From the IMG/VR virus record IMGVR_UViG_3300040801_002923, positions 54,482 to 118,481 of that record: a stretch of 64,000 nucleotides of DNA. One strand, given 5' to 3'. The translations under genes were made by a program, and so were the position numbers. This stretch comes from a virus. Positions 47,509 to 56,871 of the stretch are shown here, in pieces (position 1 is the first letter of the stretch; every line of letters starts with the position of its first letter). Below the pieces are notes generated by a model. That model worked only from the letters and a program-made list of their open reading frames with translations. It made no database searches and had not been told where the DNA came from.

Positions 47509-47549
47509 CCGTTGCCCTGGCCCGAAGGTTTCCTTAAACTGGAGGATCC

Positions 47550-47840
47550 ATGAGCAAGATTAGCCCCGTATTCACTGAACCGAAGAAACCTGCATCAGTA
47601 GAAATTGCTGAAGATGCAGAACTCACGCCGATTACCAAAAAGAAGATCCCCAAAGTCGATGCATCGCGTTGGGATGACATGACTCCCAGTGAGCTGTATG
47701 ACCAACTGTTTATTCTTGAACAGCGCATAATGTATTGCAAGCAATATGGTCATATGGATGCTGCGAAGCAAATTGAACGTGGTGTTGTAGCTCTTCGGCA
47801 ACTAATCGAACAACGAGACAAAGGACTAAACCTACTATGA
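47550..47840 (+). CDS. Hypothetical protein
   Basis: GGAGG RBS, 96 aa. Confidence 0.65.
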   Translation: MSKISPVFTEPKKPASVEIAEDAELTPITKKKIPKVDASRWDDMTPSELYDQLFILEQRIMYCKQYGHMDAAKQIERGVVALRQLIEQRDKGLNLL

Positions 47841-48094
47841 GCGTTACAGTATACACCAAAGGTGGATGTACATATTGCGTCCGCGCCAAGCGACTCCTAA
47901 CACAGCGCGGTGTTACATTCCGTGAAGTCAATCTAGATCACGTCGATCGCCGAGACATCGATGCGTTGATTGAAAGCACAAACTGCCGTACAGTTCCCCA
48001 GATATTCATCAACGGGAACTTCATTGGTGGATTTGATGCCCTCGAGGCACTCGACATGAAAGGCGAGCTTGAAGACTTCAAGCCTATCGACTGA
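47837..48094 (+). CDS. grx: Glutaredoxin
   Basis: CTYC, TVPQIF, IGGFD. Confidence 0.93.
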   Translation: MSVTVYTKGGCTYCVRAKRLLTQRGVTFREVNLDHVDRRDIDALIESTNCRTVPQIFINGNFIGGFDALEALDMKGELEDFKPID

Positions 48095-48095
48095 A

Positions 48096-48422
48096 ATGGA
48101 ACAAGAACAGCAACAAGAGCGACACCCAGAGCTAGTTGAAATCCTGCAAGCGGAACTGCAGGAGCTTGCTGCAATCGGAATCTCGCTCAAGAACAAGATT
48201 GCATCGGCTAAGACAAAGCCGAAAAAGGCTTTGTATCTCAAGAAGCAGGAGCGCAACAGTAAGCGTGCTGCTGAGATTCTTCTCTATCTCGAGCGTGTTC
48301 AGATCAGTCAGGCTATCAAGCGCGGTCGCCAGAATCAAGAAATGATTGACGAAAGGACGTCCGATGAACACACTCCTACCGGAGAAAACACTAGCAGCGA
48401 AAGCAATCGACCACAAGTTTGA
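48096..48422 (+). CDS. Hypothetical basic coiled-coil protein
   Basis: ORF in an operon. Confidence 0.55.
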   Translation: MEQEQQQERHPELVEILQAELQELAAIGISLKNKIASAKTKPKKALYLKKQERNSKRAAEILLYLERVQISQAIKRGRQNQEMIDERTSDEHTPTGENTSSESNRPQV

Positions 48423-48804
48423 TTGGCCCAGCATGACCTTTTATGCATCAGCAGAAGGTATTCCCTTCGCAGATGTAGAGATCATCACACTCGCCCAGCG
48501 GTGCAGAGACATTCACGTAAATGCAGCGTTTGGGTGGTGTATGGAGACAGATCTCGTTAACCCCGAAAAGGTCTTGAGTAAACATTTCAACACATTAACA
48601 GAGCCCGAAGCGTATCGTGAGTTTGTCGAGGTAATCACAACCCCCGAGCCACGTGTAATCGTTGGCGTTAACGCTGAGGAAGTAGATGACAACGCGCTTT
48701 CTCATGCGCTCTCTCTCCTCGAGAACGTTGAAAACTACAGCGTACCTTCCTATACTGAGTTTGGATCAACTATCACGATAACTCCCTCCGAGGTGTGGCA
48801 ATGA
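48364..48804 (+). CDS. Hypothetical protein
   Basis: AAGGA RBS before ATG 48364. Confidence 0.55.
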   Translation: MNTLLPEKTLAAKAIDHKFDWPSMTFYASAEGIPFADVEIITLAQRCRDIHVNAAFGWCMETDLVNPEKVLSKHFNTLTEPEAYREFVEVITTPEPRVIVGVNAEEVDDNALSHALSLLENVENYSVPSYTEFGSTITITPSEVWQ

Positions 48805-49421
48805 TTGTAGCTGTTATGGGTAGTCAAGGCTCCGGTAAGTCAACCGTGTTGGCCGAACTAGAAAAGCGTGGCCACAACGTTGTGTCGCGGAAAACGTCGC
48901 GCTCTATTCTCGAGGAGTGGGGTGTAACTCTTAGCCAAGTCAACAACGATCGCGAGTTAACAATTCGGTTTCAAGATGAAATTCGTGACCGCAAAATTCA
49001 AGATGACATGCAACACAAGATCGGTTCAGAAGAGATTTGGTTCACGGAACGCACCTTCGCAGACCTTTTCACTTACGCGCTGATTGCTGTTGGGAAGGAC
49101 AACGAGTTTAGCGATTGGTTGAATGAATACTATGCCGCTTGCAGGTATTCACAAAATTGCTACGATGGTATCTTCTATCTCAAGGGGGGTCTGTTCGCTG
49201 TTGCCGCCGATGGGGTCAGAGGTGCCAATCAACATTACGCGCGCATGGTTGATATCGTAATGGAAGACATTACGACTGGTATGAATTACGATAGAACTCC
49301 TCTATATAAGGTTGACATTGTAGACTTGCAGGCGCGTGTTGATTTCATCGAAAGCACTGCATTGCGTTTGCAGGCCGAAAAAAGAGTCAGATTCTCATCA
49401 GAGCGGAATACGACTTCGTGA
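48801..49421 (+). CDS. P-loop nucleoside/nucleotide kinase-like protein (AAA_28-type)
   Basis: IVAVMGSQGSGKST, TERTFAD..TY, DGVR. Confidence 0.75.
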   Translation: MIVAVMGSQGSGKSTVLAELEKRGHNVVSRKTSRSILEEWGVTLSQVNNDRELTIRFQDEIRDRKIQDDMQHKIGSEEIWFTERTFADLFTYALIAVGKDNEFSDWLNEYYAACRYSQNCYDGIFYLKGGLFAVAADGVRGANQHYARMVDIVMEDITTGMNYDRTPLYKVDIVDLQARVDFIESTALRLQAEKRVRFSSERNTTS

Positions 49422-49609
49422 CCACATCCGAGTCCACGATCGCTACGCTCCGTCGCGATCATATCAAACATATTCAACAACGCGTTGAAGGTTTGACGAC
49501 AGCGCAGCTTGAAGCTGTTCGGCTGGTCGTGGACAACGCCAGTGATTTTGAGCGATTTATTTGGTTGCTCGGACAATTTGCCAAGAATAAAAGCAGGGAG
49601 AAACTATGA
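49418..49609 (+). CDS. Small hypothetical protein
   Basis: GTGA/ATGA coupling on both sides. Confidence 0.55.
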   Translation: MTTSESTIATLRRDHIKHIQQRVEGLTTAQLEAVRLVVDNASDFERFIWLLGQFAKNKSREKL

Positions 49610-50697
49610 AAGACAATTGCTGCCAACAAGGCTGCTGCGATCAAACACACGCGCACGAGCACCAAGCACCATCGGGCACGTACAACCATAACGATTACAG
49701 CGAGAAGATGCCCGATCTGTTGTTCCGCTACGATCAAGAATACTATCCGATGGATGAAGAGCTACCTGATCCGCAGGTAGATCCTATCTTGCCTGGAGCA
49801 CGTGTGCCGATTCAAAAGGTTGGTATTGCTCCCGTCGATTTCCCTATCCAGGTTCGCCGCCGCGATGGTGGTATCCAGACACTGCAAGCACAAGCATCGC
49901 TCTATTGTTCCCTAGATGATCCGGACGCAAAAGGCTTGAACCTTAGCCGTCTGTACTTGTTGATGCACGAGAAGATCAAAGATCACCTCACGATTGATGG
50001 TATCCGGAGTGTGCTTGAGGCAATGGCCACAAAGCAGGGATCTGACAACGCATACTGCAAACTGCGTTTCCGATACCCCTGGACACAAAAAGCGCTGCGC
50101 ACCCGCCAGCCGCTGAACGCGTGGGAAGAGGAAAATGGAGAGTACGAAACACTGGCCAATGGCGAGAAAGTATCGTTGCGCAAGATGGTTGGTCACATTG
50201 CATACGACGTCGTAATTGAAGGTCGCTTCCATCGCCATGCACCTGACGGCCGTCAGTTCCGGTTCTTCCTAACGACCGACTACACGTACAGCTCTACGTG
50301 TCCGTGCTCGTTTGAACTGGCACACACAGCCACTGAGAAGCGAGAAGCTGCAGCAAACGCTCACTCACAGCGTTCAATCATGAAAACGACAGTTGAGTTC
50401 GATCCTTCAAACTTCATCTGGATCGAGGATATGATTGAGCTGCATCGTCAGCACATTCCAACAGAAGTACAGATCGTTGTTAAGCGTCGCGACGAACAGG
50501 CGTTTGCGGAACTTAATGGGTCTAATCTGTTGTTCAGTGAGGACGCGGTCCGCATCATGTACAACGCTCTCGATCAATGGTACGACGAAGGTAAGGTGTT
50601 TGACTTCACAATCTCGACGTCACACGAAGAGAGTCTTCACCCATGGGATGCTATTGCGGTAGTGTGGAAGCACAGCGATGTTGCACCCAAAGGCTGA
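49606..50697 (+). CDS. folE2: GTP cyclohydrolase I type B (FolE2)
   Basis: LPDPQ, IQKVGI, KG.NLSRL, YSSTCPCS, AHSQRS, VKR.DEQAFA..N..N..F.EDA.R, H.ESLH..DA. Confidence 0.92.
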   Translation: MKDNCCQQGCCDQTHAHEHQAPSGTYNHNDYSEKMPDLLFRYDQEYYPMDEELPDPQVDPILPGARVPIQKVGIAPVDFPIQVRRRDGGIQTLQAQASLYCSLDDPDAKGLNLSRLYLLMHEKIKDHLTIDGIRSVLEAMATKQGSDNAYCKLRFRYPWTQKALRTRQPLNAWEEENGEYETLANGEKVSLRKMVGHIAYDVVIEGRFHRHAPDGRQFRFFLTTDYTYSSTCPCSFELAHTATEKREAAANAHSQRSIMKTTVEFDPSNFIWIEDMIELHRQHIPTEVQIVVKRRDEQAFAELNGSNLLFSEDAVRIMYNALDQWYDEGKVFDFTISTSHEESLHPWDAIAVVWKHSDVAPKG

Positions 50698-50710
50698 TCG
50701 ACACGGCGGT

Positions 50711-51181
50711 ATGCGCGACCAGATTGCTGATCTGGTCGAACGTGTTATGAATCTGCCCGACTCAGAGAGATCTCTGCGATCGGGTTTGCGGCGCCACCTT
50801 CGCTTGCAACAGTTCATCCACGAGCACCTATCGCTTGCGATTCGGTTACCAAGATGCAGCGGTCATACCTCCGCTGCAGCCGTTCTGTGGAAAAGATACA
50901 ATGCGGTTTACATTGCGCCGCAGTGGGAAATGTGTCGGTACTTTGCACAGTACTATCTTGAAAGGCGACTAACTAACGACATGCCTGTGTACTCAGCTGA
51001 ACCAATTGCGCGAGACGTCTGTAGATACGTTAACATCCTAGAAGGATTGGGACATCCGCTTGATCTGATCATCCTCGATGTGTATTCGCAGGTCCGTGAG
51101 CGCGATAAGCCTTATTTGCAAATGTTCATTGGTGAATTGGTAATGCGTAATCCCATCAGAGCAGTGGCTTATCTACAATGA
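50711..51181 (+). CDS. Hypothetical protein with degenerate P-loop-like motifs
   Basis: LPRCSGHT and LIILD; start uncertain (50678 or 50711). Confidence 0.5.
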   Translation: MRDQIADLVERVMNLPDSERSLRSGLRRHLRLQQFIHEHLSLAIRLPRCSGHTSAAAVLWKRYNAVYIAPQWEMCRYFAQYYLERRLTNDMPVYSAEPIARDVCRYVNILEGLGHPLDLIILDVYSQVRERDKPYLQMFIGELVMRNPIRAVAYLQ

Positions 51182-51243
51182 CCGTTGAACTCTTCTAAGT
51201 GGACAGTGGACAATCCATAGTTCCTAACCACAAAGGAGTTATT

Positions 51244-51441
51244 ATGCAACCGGTTCTAGCAATCACACCAAATACCCGCAACACAGTCGTATTCAGTTCT
51301 ATCAACAGCGCAGCACGTCAGCTGAGTGGTGATGGAACGACGAGTCGAGCTCGCACGATTCGTCGTCGACTTGCAGAGGGCGGCGGTTACGTCGGAGGCG
51401 TTTACGTAGAGCGCCTGGCAACGCGTCCTTTGGGACGTTGA
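51244..51441 (+). CDS. Small NUMOD1-like DNA-binding protein
   Basis: VFSSINSAARQL...IRRRL; AAGGAG RBS. Confidence 0.6.
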   Translation: MQPVLAITPNTRNTVVFSSINSAARQLSGDGTTSRARTIRRRLAEGGGYVGGVYVERLATRPLGR

Positions 51442-51467
51442 AAAAAGGGGGCACAAGCCCCCTTTTT
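51442..51467 (+). terminator. Bidirectional Rho-independent terminator
   Basis: AAAAAGGGGGC-ACAA-GCCCCCTTTTT. Confidence 0.85.
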
Positions 51468-51510
51468 CAATTCTGTACATACTAAATAACAACTATAACA
51501 GAGGTATTCC

Positions 51511-51795
51511 ATGGCATTTCGAGCACTCCACGCTGTCGTCGCTGTAAAGGTAGACGAATCGCAAGAATTCAAACGAGGTATCGCAATCCCTGTGTTTGCA
51601 CGTGAAGAATTGGACACGGGAACTGTAGTGTCTGCTGGTCCCGGTGAGTATGATAAGAATGGACGCTTCAAGCCGAACCCAGTCTCAACTGGAGATCGCG
51701 TTTTGATTGCTAAAGGTGCTGGATTTAAGGTTGAGGTTGAAGGCGAAACCCTTCTAATGCTAACCCCCTCAGAAATTACAGGCATCCTTCCGTGA
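51511..51795 (+). CDS. groES: Co-chaperonin GroES
   Basis: GIAIP...GTVVSAGPG.YDKNG...P..V..GDRVL..K.AG..V.VEGE..L.L...EI.GI; TAAATA at 51483. Confidence 0.9.
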   Translation: MAFRALHAVVAVKVDESQEFKRGIAIPVFAREELDTGTVVSAGPGEYDKNGRFKPNPVSTGDRVLIAKGAGFKVEVEGETLLMLTPSEITGILP

Positions 51796-52388
51796 AGTTT
51801 GAGTTCCCCAAACTACCGTACGCGCTTGACGCTCTCGAGCCCGTGCTTTCCAGAGAGCAGGTTGATGAGCACTACAATAAACATCATCGCAAGTACTACG
51901 ATAACCTGGTTAAACTAGCCAAAGGCACAGAGTTTGAGGACATGGATCTTGTTGAGATCATCCGAAAAGCTCGAAATGATGTTCTGTTTAACAACGCCGC
52001 TCAAGTGTACAATCACGACGTTTGGTGGAATTCGCTCTCACCCGAAGAAGTTAAAGTCCCGCAATCTCTCCAGCAAGCCATAGAGGATCACTATGGAACG
52101 TTTGACGCGTTCAAGGAAGAGTTTCTCTCCCGCGGCACTAAGCACTTTGGATCCGGATGGATATGGCTTGTGTGGTCGAACAACCAGGTTGCTTGGTGGA
52201 CCCGCGGAAATGCCGAAACCCCAATCACACGATCTGATGAAACGCGCGCTGTGGTCCTTGGTGTGGTAGATCTGTGGGAGCACGCGTGGTACATCGACTA
52301 TAAATCCGCCAAGGCAGAGTATCTTGAAAAGGTATTCGGTAGGCTGAACTGGAACTACGTGAACGATAACCTACACAATTCCATGTAG
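51792..52388 (+). CDS. sodB: Superoxide dismutase, Fe-type signature
   Basis: LPY..DALEP, HYNKHH..Y, FNNAAQ..NH, FGSGW.WL, DLWEHAWY.DY. Confidence 0.95.
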   Translation: MKFEFPKLPYALDALEPVLSREQVDEHYNKHHRKYYDNLVKLAKGTEFEDMDLVEIIRKARNDVLFNNAAQVYNHDVWWNSLSPEEVKVPQSLQQAIEDHYGTFDAFKEEFLSRGTKHFGSGWIWLVWSNNQVAWWTRGNAETPITRSDETRAVVLGVVDLWEHAWYIDYKSAKAEYLEKVFGRLNWNYVNDNLHNSM

Positions 52389-52413
52389 ACTTTTTCCGTG
52401 CGATATGTATAAT
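52385..52413 (+). promoter_or_regulatory. Sigma70-like promoter, probable leaderless mRNA
   Basis: (G)TAGACT...TATAAT at 52408-13; the A of ATG 52420 lies 7 nt downstream. Confidence 0.6.
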
Positions 52414-52419
52414 GATCGC

Positions 52420-52968
52420 ATGGTCAACGTAATCGAACAAATCGAAGCCTACGATATTCCCACCCACTCCTATATCGCCGCCATCCAGTATATGACGGAT
52501 GATCCAGGTAGATATGCAGACGTCTCGCTAGAAGAAGCGGTCGTAATGATTCAGAACATTGTTGGGTTCTCGATTGATGTCGAGAACGCTGGCTTTGAGT
52601 TCGATCAGCGTGCTGCAAACTATATCCTTGCTTATCTAGTTCAGGAGTCCATTCGAGCGCATCTACAGGGATCTACTCCAGATTCACTAGACATCTACAA
52701 TCTGGCGATCGATAAAGCGCTCTCTTTCATCGAGAACAACCCATGGGTGTTCGCTAAGCCCGAAGAGGAAGAGCGAATCGACGAAGCCACTGGCAAGCCG
52801 AAGATGAAGAAAGGCAAGAAGCAAGAAATTGCTGCCGATCTCTACAAGCAATACCGAGAAGAAGGTAAGGACAAGATCATCGAAGTGTTTCAGGCTGAGC
52901 TCGACATGTCGAAAGCAGGAGCACGCACGTACTACTACAACATGAGAAAGAAGTTCGGAGACACCTAA
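52420..52968 (+). CDS. Hypothetical protein with possible C-terminal DNA-binding helix
   Basis: K...A..LY....I..F..EL.MS..GARTYYYN. Confidence 0.65.
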   Translation: MVNVIEQIEAYDIPTHSYIAAIQYMTDDPGRYADVSLEEAVVMIQNIVGFSIDVENAGFEFDQRAANYILAYLVQESIRAHLQGSTPDSLDIYNLAIDKALSFIENNPWVFAKPEEEERIDEATGKPKMKKGKKQEIAADLYKQYREEGKDKIIEVFQAELDMSKAGARTYYYNMRKKFGDT

Positions 52969-53339
52969 TGGGAGAGACGTACCGAGTGTATAGCGAAGAA
53001 GTCTACTGCACGCTCCAAGTCGAAGCGCTGCATTGCTGGCCTGGTTGTCCGTTCGACGAAGTTGCATATCTTCGCGATCCACACCGCCATATGTTCCACA
53101 TCAAAGCTCACAAGACGGTTACACACAGCGACCGCGACGTTGAGTTCATCATGCTCAAGCACGAGATTCGTGACTACCTCCATGAGCAGTATCGAGTTCA
53201 TACTACCAAAGTGCTTAACTTCGGTGCTAAGTCCTGCGAGATGATTGCAAAAGAACTGATTGAGCGTTTCGATCTCTGCCGGTGCGAAGTATCCGAAGAC
53301 GGCGAGAACGGCGCTATCGTCACAGTGGAGGAAGTGTAA
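52968..53339 (+). CDS. QueD/6-pyruvoyl-tetrahydropterin synthase-like T-fold protein
   Basis: E.LH.W...PHRH.F....VEFI.LK...SCEMIA...V.EDGEN: His triad and conserved Glu of PTPS/QueD. Confidence 0.75.
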   Translation: MGETYRVYSEEVYCTLQVEALHCWPGCPFDEVAYLRDPHRHMFHIKAHKTVTHSDRDVEFIMLKHEIRDYLHEQYRVHTTKVLNFGAKSCEMIAKELIERFDLCRCEVSEDGENGAIVTVEEV

Positions 53340-54229
53340 TGGCCAAACAGACTGCTAAGCGCGGCTACCCTCGCTTCTGTTTCATCACTCCTACGGCGTA
53401 CCTAGAGCGTTATGCATCTCAATCAGAGATGCACCTTGTACTCGCGCATCTCGTTGATACGGACGAGGAGTACGCAAACTTCTACGCCAAGAACGACTAC
53501 TACAAGATCATGGACAATGGTGCATTCGAACTTGGCGAAAGCTATGCACCAGAGAAGCTCGTTGAGCTCGGTCGTAAGTGTAATGCGAATGCTGTAGTCC
53601 TTCCTGACTATCCGTTCCAGCCAGCGCAAGTAACAATCGATGCGAGCTCTGCTGTCCTCGATGAGATCAAGGATGCAGGGTTCGAGACGATGTTCGTTCC
53701 TCAGTCCGAAACTGGTGACCTCAAAGATTGGATCAACGGTTATGTGTGGGCTGCAACTAACCCGAGTATCGACATCATCGGGATGAGTATTCTCGGCATG
53801 CCGAATGCAATTCCGCATGTCGACATCTCCTACGCACGTGTGGTGCTGACACAGATTCTGATCGAACGCGGCGTGTTCAACTTCGACAAGTACCATCACT
53901 ATCTTGGACTCAACGCAGGTCCTGCTCTTGAGATCCCAACGCTGATCAAGATGGGTGCACTCGATTCCTGCGATAGTTCGAATCCAGTGTGGATGGCTAT
54001 CTGTGGACACAGGTATAATCCGTTCAGTGATAGCTTCCTGCAAGTGGGTAAAGTCAAGAAGGAAGTCGAGTTCGACTACCCAATGGTCAAGGATCCAGCT
54101 GTGCTCAGCAACATTCAGTACAACATCGATCTCACGCAGGATATGATCGAGCGGTGCCGTGGCCGCCGCGATGAGTCGACCATTGAGCAGATCCAACGCG
54201 AGAAGCTAATCGGAGTCGTCGACGCATGA
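53339..54229 (+). CDS. TGT/DpdA-like TIM-barrel guanine transglycosylase homolog
   Basis: IMDNGAFE (cf. DSGxF), VLPD, FVPQ, HYLG, SCDSS in the order of the TGT active-site motifs. Confidence 0.65.
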   Translation: MAKQTAKRGYPRFCFITPTAYLERYASQSEMHLVLAHLVDTDEEYANFYAKNDYYKIMDNGAFELGESYAPEKLVELGRKCNANAVVLPDYPFQPAQVTIDASSAVLDEIKDAGFETMFVPQSETGDLKDWINGYVWAATNPSIDIIGMSILGMPNAIPHVDISYARVVLTQILIERGVFNFDKYHHYLGLNAGPALEIPTLIKMGALDSCDSSNPVWMAICGHRYNPFSDSFLQVGKVKKEVEFDYPMVKDPAVLSNIQYNIDLTQDMIERCRGRRDESTIEQIQREKLIGVVDA

Positions 54230-54513
54230 GCACAATGAGCATGTACAGCTTGACTGCAAGCGACTTGTCGAATCACATCAACGCCGCTCTTCACAATTAT
54301 CTACTCCAGATGATGAGAGAAGAGGTAATAACCGAGGAACAGTTCGAACGCATGGTTCGCAACTTTAAGATGGTGGCACACGAACCAGGCTTGTTTGGTA
54401 CGTTGGTCAGCAGCGTCCTCGGACATGAGAAAGGACTACGATACACAGTCGTAAAAGTCCTCGCAGACGAAATGAGGGAAACAGATGATCATCGATCCGA
54501 GAATAGCGATTGA
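54226..54513 (+). CDS. Hypothetical protein
   Basis: ATGA coupling. Confidence 0.55.
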   Translation: MSTMSMYSLTASDLSNHINAALHNYLLQMMREEVITEEQFERMVRNFKMVAHEPGLFGTLVSSVLGHEKGLRYTVVKVLADEMRETDDHRSENSD

Positions 54514-55048
54514 AGAGGGCTGGGTAACCGGCATCGCTAATCCAGAAAAGCAAGTCCAACCCAATGCGATCGACTTTACGGCCGATCGTGCATTCCGCAT
54601 CGACTTCAAGCCTTTCTACGTTAGTGAAGAGCAAAAGGTGATGCGTGGCAGCGTTCCCGCTGCAAGACGAACAGTATCTGGCACCTCACCACATGATCCA
54701 CTTTGCCAAGTAGAGGGCAATCAGGCATGGCTGCTATCAACCAGCGGCACATACAGGTCGCTTGACATCCTATCTGATATGTTCGTTAAGCTACCCGAAG
54801 GTGTAGCTGCACAACTAATCATCAGATCAACGCTCGCCCGCAATGGTTTGATTCTACGGTCCGGTCTGTACGACAGCGGGTTCGAAGGACACATCGGTTG
54901 TGTGATCCATAATCTGCACAACTGGGATGCCTACATCGCACCCGGCACGCGTGTTGGTCAGATCTTCTTCGTCGAGGCAGGTACATCAGGCATGTACAGC
55001 GGTTCATACAATCACGATGAAGGTACAGCTTTGGAGTATCAGGGATGA
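54485..55048 (+). CDS. Trimeric dUTPase/dCTP deaminase family protein
   Basis: QPNAID, RSTLARNG, SGLYDSGFEG, GTRVGQ, Y.G.Y. Confidence 0.88.
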   Translation: MIIDPRIAIEEGWVTGIANPEKQVQPNAIDFTADRAFRIDFKPFYVSEEQKVMRGSVPAARRTVSGTSPHDPLCQVEGNQAWLLSTSGTYRSLDILSDMFVKLPEGVAAQLIIRSTLARNGLILRSGLYDSGFEGHIGCVIHNLHNWDAYIAPGTRVGQIFFVEAGTSGMYSGSYNHDEGTALEYQG

Positions 55049-55344
55049 AGCGATCAATTGAGGAGCTCAGAGGATCGCTGCGTGCTCCAGCTAAGCCAAG
55101 GCTAGCGGCCGCGTGCGAGTTGTTTGAGCTTGAGCGCGAGAACCAGCTGAGCCGCGGATATACTGAGAACCGAGACACGAATCATCACACCGTACCGAGC
55201 TTTCTTTTGATGCTCGAGCGTCACCTTGCAGAAGCAAAGGAAGCCTGGTACACACATGGCGATGGTGCAGCTCTCAAACCACTAGTCCAGATCGGAACGC
55301 TTGCTGCGGCATGCATCCAATCGCAGTACGAGGATGACCGATGA
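55045..55344 (+). CDS. Small all-alpha protein, possibly MazG-like
   Basis: ERE.Q...GY....H......L..HL.EA...LVQIG.LAAAC pattern. Confidence 0.45.
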   Translation: MKRSIEELRGSLRAPAKPRLAAACELFELERENQLSRGYTENRDTNHHTVPSFLLMLERHLAEAKEAWYTHGDGAALKPLVQIGTLAAACIQSQYEDDR

Positions 55345-55628
55345 ACGAAGACATCGAACAAGAGCTTACCAGTGCAATCGAAGAAGCCAAGGAATTGCGC
55401 ACCGTAAGACGGTACTATCCAGCCACTGGTACATCGGAAGTGGTTCGTATGATCGAACTTAGAGAAGGCGACATTTTCTCTCTGCAGAACTCTGATGGTA
55501 CGTTTGTGGGCAGTGATGACCCGAACACCGAAACGAAATGGATTGCATGCGATGATCCACAACTAAACGGATACGCCCAACTTGGTGTTCCGGCAAAGCC
55601 CTACGAGGAAACCAATGAAGACGCTTGA
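55341..55628 (+). CDS. Hypothetical protein
   Basis: ATGA coupling, GAGGA RBS. Confidence 0.55.
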   Translation: MNEDIEQELTSAIEEAKELRTVRRYYPATGTSEVVRMIELREGDIFSLQNSDGTFVGSDDPNTETKWIACDDPQLNGYAQLGVPAKPYEETNEDA

Positions 55629-55938
55629 AGAGATCGTCACGCATCTGAATCAACCGACACAAGACTTTTACATCGTCACAGTCACGCATCCGATTAATGG
55701 CGTTGTGCTAAACGAGGTGTTTGACAATCTCAACGACGCAATTGCATACAGCGCTGGAAGCAACGTGTACGAACAATTGTCGATTGAGTACGGTGAAGAC
55801 GTGGCTAGCAACCCCAACGTCGCTATCGTGATGAGCACACGAAAGCTGAATGCTGCAGACGCAATCACAGCTGATCGAGTACTTGTCAATAGACTCATTC
55901 CATTTACGGTGCGGGAGCGTAACGATGGCGACGATTAA
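55615..55938 (+). CDS. Hypothetical protein
   Basis: GAGGA RBS before ATG 55615. Confidence 0.55.
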   Translation: MKTLEEIVTHLNQPTQDFYIVTVTHPINGVVLNEVFDNLNDAIAYSAGSNVYEQLSIEYGEDVASNPNVAIVMSTRKLNAADAITADRVLVNRLIPFTVRERNDGDD

Positions 55939-56548
55939 GGGCAAGCCAACAGGCTACTTTGAGAAGCTACTCGTCATGGATGCCGAGACAACAGGTCTTG
56001 CATTCAACAGCGATGATCCTTCATACGACCCGCGCACATGCGAGGAGTATCAGGCTGTTTCATGGGGACTGATCGTAGCCGACTCTCACACACTGAATCC
56101 AATTGAAGAGCTGTACGTCGAAGTGCAGTGGAACGGCGATTCGGTGTGGAGTCCTAAGGCAGAAGCTATTCACGGTCTGTCGAAGGATTACCTACTGAAC
56201 AACGGTGTTGGTGAAGACGAGGCTGTCGCTCAGATTGCGAACTTTGTGATCAAGCACTGGGGACCAGAAGTCAGCATTCGAGCTCTTGGCCACAACGTTG
56301 CAACATTCGACATCTGGTTCATGAAGCGGATGTGTCGCCGTCATGGCATTGAGCTGAAATTCGGTAACCGTAACATCGACACATCAACGGTTGGCTTCGT
56401 CAACTATGAAGTGTACACATCGGATCAACTATTTGAACTCATGGGATATGACCCGCGTGGCGACCACAACGCACTAGAAGATGCACACATGTCACTTGCG
56501 TCTGCGCGAATGACGCGACAAGCAATGCAAGCGGCACTCGGATCATGA
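55925..56548 (+). CDS. DEDDh 3'-5' exonuclease (DnaQ/epsilon-like)
   Basis: VMDAETTG, IHGL, GHNV..FD, IDT, HNALEDA. Confidence 0.9.
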   Translation: MATIKGKPTGYFEKLLVMDAETTGLAFNSDDPSYDPRTCEEYQAVSWGLIVADSHTLNPIEELYVEVQWNGDSVWSPKAEAIHGLSKDYLLNNGVGEDEAVAQIANFVIKHWGPEVSIRALGHNVATFDIWFMKRMCRRHGIELKFGNRNIDTSTVGFVNYEVYTSDQLFELMGYDPRGDHNALEDAHMSLASARMTRQAMQAALGS

Positions 56549-56871
56549 AACTAACAGATCTCAATAAAGAGTACGACACAATGGAAGTCAAGGACTGCTT
56601 CCACATTGTCTTCGCGACGGAGAGTGGTGAATTCATGCATTCCGTCGCGATGGAGAATCGTCCCGGTGAAGAGGACATCGAGCGAATTTACGATGTCCTA
56701 CTCAACGATTCTGAGATAGGTGTACCTGAGGAAGTTCTTCGCGAGTGGCGGGTTGCTGTTCTAGACCCAAACGAGAATCCAGACGAGGTCAAAGAGTTCG
56801 AAGAGTTTCTCGCATCTCTGGATATTGACGACCACGGTTACGTTCAGCTGCCAAACAAAGCCTCCGACTAA
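56545..56871 (+). CDS. Hypothetical acidic protein
   Basis: ATGA coupling. Confidence 0.6.
   Translation: MKLTDLNKEYDTMEVKDCFHIVFATESGEFMHSVAMENRPGEEDIERIYDVLLNDSEIGVPEEVLREWRVAVLDPNENPDEVKEFEEFLASLDIDDHGYVQLPNKASD

Noticed and set aside
53423-54196. 257 aa minus-strand ORF
   Set aside because: Antisense shadow of the TGT-like gene; no motifs or RBS
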